The notes under the pieces: generated by a model | The model's input: only the letters and a program-made list of their open reading frames with translations | What the model was told of the DNA's origin: nothing | Databases searched by the model: none | Program-made: the position numbers and the translations under genes | In this document: positions 27,911 to 37,843 of the stretch, piece after piece | How positions within the stretch are numbered: the first letter of the stretch is position 1 | Layout of the letters: each line of letters starts with the position of its first letter | Source: Candidatus Nomurabacteria bacterium | Lineage (GTDB): Bacteria > Patescibacteriota > Minisyncoccia > Phycocordibacterales > UBA918 | Reading direction: 5' to 3' | Length of the DNA stretch: 64,000 bases | Assembly (NCBI GenBank): GCA_020632095.1 | Contig: JACKGF010000001.1 | Location: 733,366 to 797,365, forward strand

Positions 27911-27947
27911 CCAACATAATCAAACAATACACATAACTATATACTGG

Positions 27948-28643
27948 TTAATTTTTGACTTTATACTCTAACAAGAGATAGGAATTAGCGAGAGGTTTAG
28001 CACTAACTAACTCTAAAGTTTTAAGCAAAGCCAGATCAGTTTTTACGTGTAATGACTCTCCATCAACTAAGGTTGGTGTACTTTCTCCCCCAATTAAAAC
28101 TGGAGCAACAACTAACAATAATCTATCGATCAATCCTCTTCTAGTCCATTCTGAATTTAGAGTTCCTCCTGTCTGAATAGTCGCCCTCTCGATACCAAAA
28201 TCATTTTTTAATAATTTTAAAGTTTTAGAAAGATCTATCTCTCCTTCATGTTTCAGTATACGGATATTTACGCATTGTTTAACCAACTCAAAAGCAGGAT
28301 GTTCACTATTGTTTGTAACAATGTAAAGAACATCACTCTTACCTGCTAAATATTTAACTCCCGAAACATTGAGATGTGGTTTACTGTCAATTACCACATA
28401 ACTTACTGGCGTTTTTTCTGGTTCGGAGTGTTCGCAATTTACTCCTACTTTTTTTAAAACACGACCAGAATTAATCGAACACAAATCTGTCTCTTGTTCC
28501 AATTTGTAATATTGACCAAGCCCTTCTTTAAGCCCCTCGACCTCTTTAAAATCTAAATCAAAATCTAGAACCTCAGTATCACCTGTTGAAATCTTCCCAT
28601 CTACTGACATTAGAAGAAATAATGTTATGTAAGGTCTTTCCAT
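27948..28643 (-). CDS. RibD C-terminal domain / dihydrofolate reductase-like reductase
   Basis: ITLFLLMSVDGKI N-terminus and LLLVVAPVLIGGE, characteristic of the RibD_C/DHFR-like family. Confidence 0.55.
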   Translation of the reverse strand: MERPYITLFLLMSVDGKISTGDTEVLDFDLDFKEVEGLKEGLGQYYKLEQETDLCSINSGRVLKKVGVNCEHSEPEKTPVSYVVIDSKPHLNVSGVKYLAGKSDVLYIVTNNSEHPAFELVKQCVNIRILKHEGEIDLSKTLKLLKNDFGIERATIQTGGTLNSEWTRRGLIDRLLLVVAPVLIGGESTPTLVDGESLHVKTDLALLKTLELVSAKPLANSYLLLEYKVKN

Positions 28644-28792
28644 AAAAAAAAGTATACTTCATTAGTAATTAAAACCAAATTTTGTTTGCCAAAACCTTGT
28701 TTTCGCAAAAGATTCACAGGACTTTAAGAATCAAAACCAAAACACCTAAACTTCCCAAATCTGCTCATCGGTGTAAACTACGGAGAATTACT

Positions 28793-29383
28793 ATGTCCGT
28801 CTCGCTAGAAAACTTAGAAAAATTTGCTACCCTTTTGCACAAAGTCCAGCGGGTTAAACGCTTTGCGAAGCGTCCTAACGAAAAAGAATTCACCAACACA
28901 GCTGAACACACCTTTGAGGTTGCGATGATGAGTTGGTATATCGCATCGGTGGAAGGTCATGATTTAGATTTTGAAAAAATATTAAAATACGCGCTAGCTC
29001 ATGACCTCATTGAAGCCTACGCTGGTGATACACCAGCTTTTGATACCATTGGTCAAAAAGATAAAGCCAAGCGTGAAGAAGCTGCTATTGCGCGAATCAA
29101 ATCAGAATTCACTGAGTTTCCTGATTTACTAAACATTATCAATTCTTACGAAAATAAAAATGACCCAGAAAGTAAATTTGTTTATGCCACTGACAAAATC
29201 GTCGACCCACTAAATCTGAGCATGGATGACAACCCATCATTTTGGAAAGACAGTAATATTTCTTATCAAACACTCCGCAACTACAAAGACAGCAAAATCG
29301 CTAAAGACCCAACTATCACAAGGATTTGGAAGCTATTAATCGAAAAACTGGAAGTAAATCTAAAACGTTACTTTAATAGTTAA
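28793..29383 (+). CDS. HD-domain phosphohydrolase (YfbR-like 5'-deoxynucleotidase family)
   Basis: TAEHTFEVAMMSW ... ALAHDLIEAYAGDTP (H...HD...D motifs). Start at the internal ATG preceded by GGAG. Confidence 0.55.
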   Translation: MSVSLENLEKFATLLHKVQRVKRFAKRPNEKEFTNTAEHTFEVAMMSWYIASVEGHDLDFEKILKYALAHDLIEAYAGDTPAFDTIGQKDKAKREEAAIARIKSEFTEFPDLLNIINSYENKNDPESKFVYATDKIVDPLNLSMDDNPSFWKDSNISYQTLRNYKDSKIAKDPTITRIWKLLIEKLEVNLKRYFNS

Positions 29384-30081
29384 AGCCCCAACACCCACTG
29401 CTCCAACGCTGTATCCATATCTTTTACGCCACCGTGTCCGGCATGATAGAGCTCGAGCAAGGAACGTGAAAGTGCGACCACCTCTCCTGGCTTAAAAGCT
29501 CTGAGAGCTTGTTTTGATTTGTTGTAGGGAAAATCTTTCATGCCTGCTTCGGCGGCAGACTTTGTTTTATCGGCCAAACGCAAAGCTTTTAATTGCCACC
29601 ATAGTATGCCGATGTTTTCTTCATCGCGCAGTCCATTCAATCGTGCTTCTTGCAACAAGAGCCAGAGCTTACGTTTGTCTTTTTGGGCTAAAGCCTCAGC
29701 TAGAGCAAAGGCGTTGAAACGAACTTCTTTATCAGCCGTAAATTCGTACAGACCTTCAGCGTGCTTTGTATAAACTTTTTTAGCTGGAGCCAACATCGCT
29801 CCTTCGAGCACCACAAACGTATTGGGCGAATCTTTCATTTCTTGCAAAGTTTTTTTTATTTCTTCATCGAACTCTGGATTATTGGAAGGTGTATCAAACA
29901 CATACCATTCACTGCCACCAAACAGTGAAGTCGCCCCGAGTGCATCAGATACCTGTCCTATGTCAAAACTCTCACTTTCAATCGTTGTCAGTTGTCCATC
30001 TTTTGGCATTTTTTCATCAATGTATTTAGTCGCCGCATCGCGAACACCTCTTCTATCGGTTCCAAAAAAAACTACGTACAT
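29380..30081 (-). CDS. holA: DNA polymerase III delta subunit (HolA)-like, short form
   Basis: ATSLFGGSEWYVF resembles HolA SLFASRQTLLL. C-terminal helical lid. Lies directly upstream of polA. Confidence 0.5.
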   Translation of the reverse strand: MYVVFFGTDRRGVRDAATKYIDEKMPKDGQLTTIESESFDIGQVSDALGATSLFGGSEWYVFDTPSNNPEFDEEIKKTLQEMKDSPNTFVVLEGAMLAPAKKVYTKHAEGLYEFTADKEVRFNAFALAEALAQKDKRKLWLLLQEARLNGLRDEENIGILWWQLKALRLADKTKSAAEAGMKDFPYNKSKQALRAFKPGEVVALSRSLLELYHAGHGGVKDMDTALEQWVLGL

Positions 30082-30083
30082 AA

Positions 30084-32477
30084 TTATTTCAAATCACTTA
30101 CGGCCACCTTCTGCATCTCTTCCCAGTTAGGACCAATTTTTATTTCCGCTAGGATTGGTACGCCTTTAGATTTTTTCTCATCTAGTACACTAGTCATAAT
30201 TTTTAAAATAGTTGGCACCGTCGCACCCAGCTTTTCATCTTTGATTTCAAAGATAAGTTCATCGTGAACCTGAAGCAAAATTCTTACATCTGACTGCAAT
30301 CTCAACTCTTCAATATAGTGATGTATTTTTACCATCGCAATCCGAATAATATCTGATTGTGATCCCTGAATCGGTGCATTGATAGCCATCCGCTCCGCTT
30401 GAGCGCGAATAAACGGTACGCTAGATACAATTCCAGGGAAGTGTCGACGACGGCCAAACATAGTCTCGGTATAACCATGCTGACGAGCAAAACTTTTAGT
30501 TTCCTCTAAATATTCAGCTAGCCGGGTGAAAGTATTGAAATAGGCATTGAGAAATTCTTGAGCGGCGGCTCTAGTGGTATCTTCACCGAGATTTTGTCGT
30601 AGTGCATTTACACCCATACCATAGAGAATTCCAAAGTTAATCACCTTAGCTTTGCGGCGCATATCGTCGGTCACATCTTCGGCATTGACCCCAAACACTC
30701 GAAGTGCCACCCCACGGTGGACATCTTCACCACGCTTAAAAATGTCAATTAAATTTGGATCACCAGAAAGAATCGCCGCAATGCGAAGTTCTATTTGAGA
30801 ATAATCAATTGCCACTAAGGTGTACCCTGCTTCAGCTACAAAAGCTTTGCGGATTGCCCTTCCTTCAGCAGTGCGAGCAGGAATATTTTGTAGATTTGGG
30901 TCTTTGCTCGACATTCGTCCAGTGGTGGTGCCTGTCTGCAAAAATGATGACCGTAGCTTCCCATCTTCTTGAACTAAGTTTGGCAAACTATCTATGTAAG
31001 TTGAAACTAATTTTTGTAATTCCCGATAGCGTAAAATTTCACCAATGATTGAGTGTTCATCTTTGAGTTTTTCTAACTCTGACTCTTTAGTCGACCGCTG
31101 ACCACCAGCCGTCTTTTTAGCGTTTTTTGGTTTAAGCCCTAGTTTATCAAACAATATTTCACCAAGTTGTTTTGGTGAATTAAGATTAAATTCTTCACCT
31201 ACTTGTTTATAAATATTCTCTTCTAATTTATGCAATTCGGTATGAAACCTCACTGACAATTCCTTAAGATATTCAACATCTAAGGTGATCCCTTGTTTTT
31301 TCATCTCAGTAATCACTTCAATTAAAGGTTGTTCTATGTCTTCATACACAGACCACAGTCCATCAGCTTTGACTTTTTTCTCAAGAGCTTCAACTGTTTC
31401 TACCCAAGAATGAGTTTTCAAAAAAGCTCGACCATATTCAATTATGTCAGTGTATGTAGCGTTAGTTCGCTCGCTTTCTAAAAGCCAGAGTAAAATAGCC
31501 GCCCTGGCTAATTCTTCAGAATCAACCTTCTCTTCCTCGACCTCATCATTAACTAAATCAATATCAAACAGCCGACTAATTTTCTCAGTCATGTTCCTGA
31601 AACCAAACTCACTGAAAAGTTTGGTGATCCTGTCTGTATCAGCTAGTTCTTTCCATTCAGTTTTTTCAACTTCGAATTTATCTATCGCATCAGTTCTGAT
31701 AGTAGCTAACATTTTGGAAAATTGAGCTTCTTCTTCCCCCTCCTTAAGAAGGTTTATAATCCTTGGTTTAATACCAGCTTCCAAGAAAGCTACTTCGTCT
31801 TTAATTAATTTTTTATAAATTTTATCAATCGAGCCAAAATTAGTAATCAAAGTAGTGGCCGTTTTTTCACCAATACCAGCAATCCCGGGGATGTTATCAG
31901 ACGGGTCACCACGCAAACCTTTATAGTCAGGGACCAACTTGGGACCAAAACCAAATCGATCTTTAACCGCTTGTTCATCATAAATTACGGTATCCTGAAT
32001 TCCTTTTTTAAGAGTAAAAACTTGCACTCTTTTTTTATCGACACATTGAAGAGTATCCATATCACCAGAAGCAATCACTACTTTTAAGTTTTTTTTATCA
32101 GCCGTTAGATGCGCGATAGTGCCGAGCATATCATCAGCCTCAAACCCTGGACGTTCATAAATCGGTATCCCAAAAGCAGCAAAAATATCTCGTGAACGAT
32201 TGATTTGTTGAACTAGTGATTCATCGGTTTTGGAACGACCAGCTTTATACGCGTCGTAAGCTTCGTGTCGATAGGTTGGTTCCGGCAAGTCGTAACAAGC
32301 CGCAATGTACTGTGGTTTGAATTCTTCAATAATCCTAATCAACATTGTAGTCACCCCGTACAATGCCCCGGTTGGCTCACCGTTCGGTGAAGAAAAGTCT
32401 GGTAATGCGTGATAAGCCCGATGAAGAATGGCGTGAGCGTCAAGGAGAACGAGGGTAGTTTCAGATGGTTTAGACAT
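30084..32477 (-). CDS. polA: DNA polymerase I
   Basis: 797 aa. 5'-3' exonuclease domain (LVLLDAHAILHRAYHAL..., GIGEKTA) and polymerase domain (RRKAKVINFGILYGM, QVHDELIFE). Confidence 0.9.
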   Translation of the reverse strand: MSKPSETTLVLLDAHAILHRAYHALPDFSSPNGEPTGALYGVTTMLIRIIEEFKPQYIAACYDLPEPTYRHEAYDAYKAGRSKTDESLVQQINRSRDIFAAFGIPIYERPGFEADDMLGTIAHLTADKKNLKVVIASGDMDTLQCVDKKRVQVFTLKKGIQDTVIYDEQAVKDRFGFGPKLVPDYKGLRGDPSDNIPGIAGIGEKTATTLITNFGSIDKIYKKLIKDEVAFLEAGIKPRIINLLKEGEEEAQFSKMLATIRTDAIDKFEVEKTEWKELADTDRITKLFSEFGFRNMTEKISRLFDIDLVNDEVEEEKVDSEELARAAILLWLLESERTNATYTDIIEYGRAFLKTHSWVETVEALEKKVKADGLWSVYEDIEQPLIEVITEMKKQGITLDVEYLKELSVRFHTELHKLEENIYKQVGEEFNLNSPKQLGEILFDKLGLKPKNAKKTAGGQRSTKESELEKLKDEHSIIGEILRYRELQKLVSTYIDSLPNLVQEDGKLRSSFLQTGTTTGRMSSKDPNLQNIPARTAEGRAIRKAFVAEAGYTLVAIDYSQIELRIAAILSGDPNLIDIFKRGEDVHRGVALRVFGVNAEDVTDDMRRKAKVINFGILYGMGVNALRQNLGEDTTRAAAQEFLNAYFNTFTRLAEYLEETKSFARQHGYTETMFGRRRHFPGIVSSVPFIRAQAERMAINAPIQGSQSDIIRIAMVKIHHYIEELRLQSDVRILLQVHDELIFEIKDEKLGATVPTILKIMTSVLDEKKSKGVPILAEIKIGPNWEEMQKVAVSDLK

Positions 32478-32521
32478 GTTGTTAGTATACTGTTTTTACT
32501 CAAGTCAGACCAATCTAGGTT

Positions 32522-32968
32522 TTAGCCACTAACAAAGACTTTCCGTTTTTCATTATCAATAATTTTAATTGCTATTTTTATAGCAGACTGAGGAACAATA
32601 GACGATATTTTTTCTGGCCATTCAATACACACAATCGTGCGTGGATTATTGAGTATTTCTGAGAATTTTAAGGGAACCAACTCAGTTTCGTCCTCAATTC
32701 GATAAGCATCCATGTGAACTAGATTATCAAACTGATTATGATTAAGAGAGTAGGTTTTCATAATCGTAAAAGTCGGACTGGTAATATGTTCGGTTACGCC
32801 GAGAGTTTGGCCAAGAATTTGGGTAAAAGTGGTTTTACCGGCTCCTAAATCACCAACCAGAGCAATCACTAAAGTTTCCTCCGCTTTTTTGACTGAAAAT
32901 TCTTCTAATACAGCTTTAATCACCACCGAAAATTCAGCTGGCTGCCCGACAACAAATTCCTGATTCAT
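32522..32968 (-). CDS. tsaE: tRNA threonylcarbamoyladenosine biosynthesis protein TsaE
   Basis: LVGDLGAGKTTFTQIL P-loop and SPTFTIMKTY are the YjeE/TsaE pattern. Confidence 0.8.
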   Translation of the reverse strand: MNQEFVVGQPAEFSVVIKAVLEEFSVKKAEETLVIALVGDLGAGKTTFTQILGQTLGVTEHITSPTFTIMKTYSLNHNQFDNLVHMDAYRIEDETELVPLKFSEILNNPRTIVCIEWPEKISSIVPQSAIKIAIKIIDNEKRKVFVSG

Positions 32969-33062
32969 GTCGTTAGCCTATACCAATTTTTAAAATGAGT
33001 AAACTCGTTCCAAGAAATTTTATTTACATTCTTTAAATAACCCGTGTTATCATATATTTTAT

Positions 33063-34805
33063 ATGTTGAAATTTGATGACAAATTATCTAACACTCGTAT
33101 TACAGACTTACGTGCCTTAGAGGAAGAACGTACTGTAGAAACTACTGCTCCACAGCTTGGTTTCAAATATATTAATCTCCGTGGTTATACTATCAACCCC
33201 GAAGCTATCGCAATTATAGATGAGAAAAAAGCTCGAGATTGTGAGGTGGTAGGATTTGAATTTAACAAAAATATTCTCTCAATCGCTGCCAAAAACCCCA
33301 CCAGCCCCAAAACCCAAGCTTTACTCCTTGAACTGCAAAACCGTCGTTATGTTTTAAACATCTACATGTGTTCTTCTGCTAGCTTAGAACACGGCTGGAA
33401 ACGATACACAGATATTGTTGATTCTTCCGCCGAAAAAAGAGGGGTATTTGAAATTAACACAGCAGACATCATTCGCTTAACAACAACCATCAACAAAAAA
33501 GAAGATATTGAAGAGCTATTAAAAAAAATTAGCACTTTAAGTAACGTCCGCCGTATATCTGAAACCTTAGAACTTATTTTCGCTGGCGCGTTAGCTCTCC
33601 GGGCTTCTGACATTCACATAGAGCCAGAAGAAAAAGGAATTAGAGTTCGTTATCGTTTCGATGGAGTACTACACGACATAGTTGACATCGACTCTTACAT
33701 ATACAGCCGGATTATTTCTCGACTGAAACTCTTGTCTGGAATGGTCTTAAATACCCGAGCTGAAGCTCAAGACGGTCGCTTCACTTTTGACACCGGAGAA
33801 AAAGAAATTGAAATTCGTTCTTCAGTTATTCCTGGAGCTATAGCGGAGTCGATTGTAATGCGTCTGTTAGACCCTTCTGTTGCTAGTTTTAGTATGGACA
33901 AAATCCAGCTCAATGAATACATCGAGTCAGTAATGAGGCAGCAATTAAAGCGTCCAAATGGATTGATTATTACCACTGGCCCGACAGGTTCTGGAAAAAC
34001 TACTGCTCTTTACGCTTTTTTAAGGGAAGTTCATACCGAGGGCACAAAAATCATCACTCTGGAAAATCCAGTTGAATACAAGCTAGAGGGAATTATGCAA
34101 ACGCAAATTGAAGACGAGTACACTTTTGCCACCGGCCTCCGAGCGATTCTTCGTCAGGACCCCGACGTGATTATGGTTGGTGAAATCCGTGACCGTGAAG
34201 TAGCCGAAACTGCCATACACGCTGCTCAAACAGGACACCTAGTATTCTCAACCTTGCACACCAACAGTGCTGTAGCCGCCTTCCCGCGCTTAATAGACCT
34301 AGGAGTTGATCCGAGAATTTTTGGTACATCCATCAATATAATTATTGGTCAACGTCTACTGCGAGTTCTTTGCCCGCATTGTAAACAAGCTTATGAAAGC
34401 ATGGGCGAGGAAAAAGAAGTTATCAAACAAATTATCAGTACCCACCCCCACCCAGTTCCAGTACCAGATCCCCTCACCATCTACCGTGCTGTTGGTTGTG
34501 ACCAGTGCGGACAAACTGGCTTTAAGGGAAGAATGGGTATTTTTGAAGGTATTGTAATGGATGATGCAGTAGAGGAAGCAGTACTCCGAGACCCACGTGA
34601 ACATGTTATTATGGAAGCAGCTAGACCTCAAGGTATCCCTACCATGGCTGAAGATGGAATAGAGAAAGTTTTATTAGGACAAACTTCAATGAAAGAATTG
34701 GAACGAGTCGTCGAACTCCCACACAAAATCAGCTCCGCCCAAAACGAAAAAACACCCGTCACTGAAGTAGTCAGCGATGATGATTTTTTATCTCACGTTG
34801 TGTAA
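33063..34805 (+). CDS. pilB: Type IV pilus assembly ATPase PilB (GspE family)
   Basis: N-terminal T2SSE_N domain, Walker A ITTGPTGSGKTT, His-box GHLVFSTLHTN, tetracysteine motif CPHC...CDQC. Confidence 0.8.
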   Translation: MLKFDDKLSNTRITDLRALEEERTVETTAPQLGFKYINLRGYTINPEAIAIIDEKKARDCEVVGFEFNKNILSIAAKNPTSPKTQALLLELQNRRYVLNIYMCSSASLEHGWKRYTDIVDSSAEKRGVFEINTADIIRLTTTINKKEDIEELLKKISTLSNVRRISETLELIFAGALALRASDIHIEPEEKGIRVRYRFDGVLHDIVDIDSYIYSRIISRLKLLSGMVLNTRAEAQDGRFTFDTGEKEIEIRSSVIPGAIAESIVMRLLDPSVASFSMDKIQLNEYIESVMRQQLKRPNGLIITTGPTGSGKTTALYAFLREVHTEGTKIITLENPVEYKLEGIMQTQIEDEYTFATGLRAILRQDPDVIMVGEIRDREVAETAIHAAQTGHLVFSTLHTNSAVAAFPRLIDLGVDPRIFGTSINIIIGQRLLRVLCPHCKQAYESMGEEKEVIKQIISTHPHPVPVPDPLTIYRAVGCDQCGQTGFKGRMGIFEGIVMDDAVEEAVLRDPREHVIMEAARPQGIPTMAEDGIEKVLLGQTSMKELERVVELPHKISSAQNEKTPVTEVVSDDDFLSHVV

Positions 34806-34915
34806 TTTTATCAACATGATTATTTTGAGACATTCGATAAGTTAAACATCAGCCGGTCAAGACTGTTTTTTTGAAAACTGTGATAATGTCTGTTTGTTAG
34901 CTTCTTTTCCAGAAT

Positions 34916-35039
34916 ATAACTCTCTAAGCAAGGCTTCCGCATTGAAAGTGGATACCGCGCTAAGAAGGTTTGCAGCACTCTCACTCGAGGTGAGCGCCAA
35001 AAACCACTCGCAACGTACCCAAGTTGCTTAGAGAGTTAT
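34916..35039 (+). other. Candidate structured RNA element closed by a perfect 16-bp stem
   Basis: ataactctctaagcaa (34916-34931) pairs with ttgcttagagagttat (35024-35039). An inner hairpin ctcac-tcgag-gtgag is also present. Lies in a 490-bp non-coding gap. Confidence 0.35.
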
Positions 35040-35296
35040 CGTCTGGAAAAACATAAAAATAACGTACACAACACTGGCGCACGTCGCAGAACAACTAATT
35101 ACTCACCATCTTAGCATATATAAATTTTTTGTCAAGCGTTTTGGCTGGATGAATTTATGTGAATTCCGTTAGGGTGTGATTTTATTAAAATTAAGGAAGT
35201 TAAAAACTAATTCTGTGGCTGCTTTTAAGTAAGGAATTTACCGGTGGTAAAATTGACATTTTAGTTTTTTGTGTTAGATTATTTTTAGTAATTGTT

Positions 35297-36380
35297 CCCC
35301 ACCTCACGGGCTCAAGTCGAACACTCACTTTATATTCTTCCGTCGTGCTTCTGCACGCTGTTTTCTTTTTCGGTGTCGATCAAGCATTTCTTGCGGGGTG
35401 AAAAACTGCAAACACTCTAGATAACGATCATTAAGTTTCTCTTCTAAGGAACGAAGAAACTTTGGTGAGTACCGAGATAGGTCACTGCTCTTGGGAATAT
35501 GCTTTCTAATTTCACCATTAACATTTTCGATCGCGCCCTTCTCCCAAGAGTGGTAGGGGTGACAAAAATAGATCTTCACATTAAGTAACTGCTCTAGTCT
35601 TTTATGATTAGCAAAGAGCAGATCATTGTCGGTGGTAATAGTGATCATCTCAGGATACCGCTCTTTGATTCTAAGAAAAGCTTTTTCCATATTTTCTATT
35701 GTGACGGGCAGTATCTGTTCGATGAACGACACTCGCAATTTTCTATCTACTACCGTCAGGTCATACCCCACACCAGCTTTACCAGAGACGATAAAGTCAG
35801 CTTCAGAATCACCAACTCGAGCTCGTTTATCTATTATTTTAGGCCGTTTGTCGATAAACGTACGTCCCTTCAGTTTGTTTGCTCTACGGCGTTTATTACG
35901 TCTTTTCTGTTTGGTTAGTAGTTTCTTACGGAATGACTCAATCTTTCTACCGTACACACTTTTCAAAAATCGTCTGATTGAATCAGTTGATATTGCTGGC
36001 AGATGTTGTTCGTGATTGGTGATTCGACCGGCAATACTTTCTGGTGAACAGCCTTCTTTCAGCTTCTCTTCTACCAACTGACGCAACTCAGGATGAGAGA
36101 CAATTTTCATTCCTTGGTACTTGGCGTTCTGACGGCGGACGTTTGCTTTTTGATTAGCCTTCTTTGCTCTGTATTGGCCACTGACTGAATTTTTATTTAC
36201 CTCATACCAGATAGTTGAAACTTCTCTGTCTAAAGCTTTAGCTATTTCACGCAGTGAGTATTTCTTGTCTTTTAGAATCTCTATTTCATCGCGTTCATTT
36301 TTAGAAAGATGTGAGTAGTTTTTATTTTTTTCATTCTTTTATTTTAACAAGTGTTCGACTTCATATGCGGATGTGGGCTC
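35297..36380 (-). mobile_element. IS30-family insertion sequence (~1.08 kb)
   Basis: Imperfect ~30-bp terminal inverted repeats: cccacctcacgggctcaagtcgaacac (35297-35324) versus the RC of gtgttcgacttcatatgcggatgtgggctc (36351-36380). Encodes an IS30-type transposase. Confidence 0.7.
35325..36334 (-). pseudogene. IS30-family transposase with a frameshift in an A7 run near the 5' end
   Basis: The annotated ORF (35325-36110) has the DDE domain (ITTDNDLLF...YFCHPYHSWEKGAIENVNGEIRKH) but lacks the N-terminal HTH. The HTH (LSKNERDEIEILKDKKYSLREIAKALDREVSTIWYEVNKN) is encoded upstream in a frame reached from ATG 36332-36334 only if the A7 tract (plus-strand T7 at 36325-36331) were A8. Confidence 0.7.
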
Positions 36381-36714
36381 TGACTTCAAACCACTACTGG
36401 AGACCTTAATGCACTTAGTTAAACAAATCTATTGGCGTCCTGACTGTAATTTGAGTCCTGAGGGAGAAATGTGGGCAAACGTTCACTTTTTGGTTGGTTA
36501 TAACCAGCCCACACTCAATAATTTTCAGGAAATGGCTAACGAGCTGCGAAAAACCTTTCCTCGAGCAAGTAATGACGACATCAAAGGCGGAAAAGTTTAC
36601 AGATCTACTTGTGTAAGTGGTTTTACAATCATCACTTGGGAGGGGTACCTTCCGAAAGGTAATTATCCTGGCTGGATCCAAACCCGCGACAGTTCAATCG
36701 AGTACAGCTGGTAG
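36373..36714 (+). CDS. Hypothetical protein; GTG start lies inside the IS30 terminal repeat
   Basis: 113-aa ORF, no family recognised. Possibly the remnant of a gene disrupted by the IS. Confidence 0.25.
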   Translation: MGSDFKPLLETLMHLVKQIYWRPDCNLSPEGEMWANVHFLVGYNQPTLNNFQEMANELRKTFPRASNDDIKGGKVYRSTCVSGFTIITWEGYLPKGNYPGWIQTRDSSIEYSW

Positions 36715-36847
36715 CCAAACCCGCTTAGCGAAAATTCGCCTAGGTGGGTTTTCGTATAATTTTTATTATTTTGTTTAATTAAGACATAATTTGAACCCGG
36801 TCTCTACCACCCATGTTCTCTCTCATTTTGCTATACTAGACTCATCT

Positions 36848-37843
36848 ATGGCTGAAGAATCAAACAAAAAGAATATTACCCGCGACGACGCTAGTGGGCT
36901 TGACCGTACACTCCGACCGCAAACTTGGGAAGAATACATAGGACAAACTAAGATTAAGGAAAACCTCCGTATTCTACTCACAGCTGCCCGTGAGCGTGGT
37001 CACGCGGCCGAACACGTCTTACTCTATGGTCCACCCGGATTAGGTAAAACCACTCTCGCTAATCTGATTGCCAAAACCCTTGGTACTAACATGCGTATCA
37101 CATCTGGTCCCGCAATTGAGCGAGTGGGCGACCTAGCCGCCATCCTCACCAACCTCTCCCCGGGGGACGTGCTATTTATCGATGAAATTCATCGCTTGTC
37201 TAAAAGTATTGAAGAAGTACTTTACCCGGCGATGGAGTCTGGTGTACTGGATATCATTATTGGTAAAGGTCCATCCGCCCGCACAGTCCAGCTCGAACTA
37301 CCGCCTTTTACTATGGTGGCCGCCACCACCCGAATCTCCCTTCTCTCCTCTCCCCTACGATCCCGTTTTTCGGGCGGAACATTTAGATTAGAATTTTACA
37401 GTGATGAAGAGATAGCCACGATTCTTAAGCGCTCTGCTGAATTACTTAAGGTTACCACCAAAGACGAAATACTGGAGCATATTGCCAAACGTTGCCGTGC
37501 TACCCCACGCACCGCCAATTATTTACTAAAACGTTGCCGTGATCTGGCTCAGCTTGAAGGCAGTGATCTCAATACTGAGACAGTCACTAAAACTTTCAGT
37601 CTGTTGGAGATAGACGAACTAGGCTTAAATCAACCCGACCGGGCCGTCCTTGAAGCAATTATTCATAAATTTAACGGTGGTCCAGTCGGATTAAATACTA
37701 TAGCGGCTGCTACCGGTGAAGAACCCTCCACCATCGAGGATGTCATAGAACCCTACCTTATTCGCCACGGCTTGCTCGAACGCACCCCACGCGGTCGCAT
37801 TGCTAGCGCTAGCGCCTACAGTCACATACAATTAATACAATAA
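36848..37843 (+). CDS. ruvB: Holliday junction DNA helicase RuvB
   Basis: [18 protein letters not shown] (Walker A), [11 protein letters not shown] (Walker B), and AAA+ sensor motifs. Confidence 0.9.
   Translation: MAEESNKKNITRDDASGLDRTLRPQTWEEYIGQTKIKENLRILLTAARERGHAAEHVLLYGPPGLGKTTLANLIAKTLGTNMRITSGPAIERVGDLAAILTNLSPGDVLFIDEIHRLSKSIEEVLYPAMESGVLDIIIGKGPSARTVQLELPPFTMVAATTRISLLSSPLRSRFSGGTFRLEFYSDEEIATILKRSAELLKVTTKDEILEHIAKRCRATPRTANYLLKRCRDLAQLEGSDLNTETVTKTFSLLEIDELGLNQPDRAVLEAIIHKFNGGPVGLNTIAAATGEEPSTIEDVIEPYLIRHGLLERTPRGRIASASAYSHIQLIQ

Noticed and set aside
27111-27936. ORFs 27111..27398, 27349..27549, 27649..27936 and 27660..27932 in the tRNA-Lys repeat tract
   Set aside because: They span tRNA-Lys, its terminator and tandem repeat units. 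They are mutually overlapping, low-complexity translations of repeated or structured DNA.
27304-27940. Considered a CRISPR array because of the regular repeats
   Set aside because: The period is ~150 bp and the units are long and degenerate. There are no short, 24-48 bp exact repeats separated by unique spacers. No cas genes are present in the window.
34806-35296. Looked for RNase P RNA, SRP RNA or 6S RNA in the large non-coding gap
   Set aside because: I could not find the conserved GGAAAGTCCGGGCTCC / AGGGTGAAA / ACAGAAnCCGGCTTA blocks (RNase P) or GGAAGCAGC with a GGAA tetraloop (SRP) by eye. The stem-closed element is reported only as an unclassified candidate.
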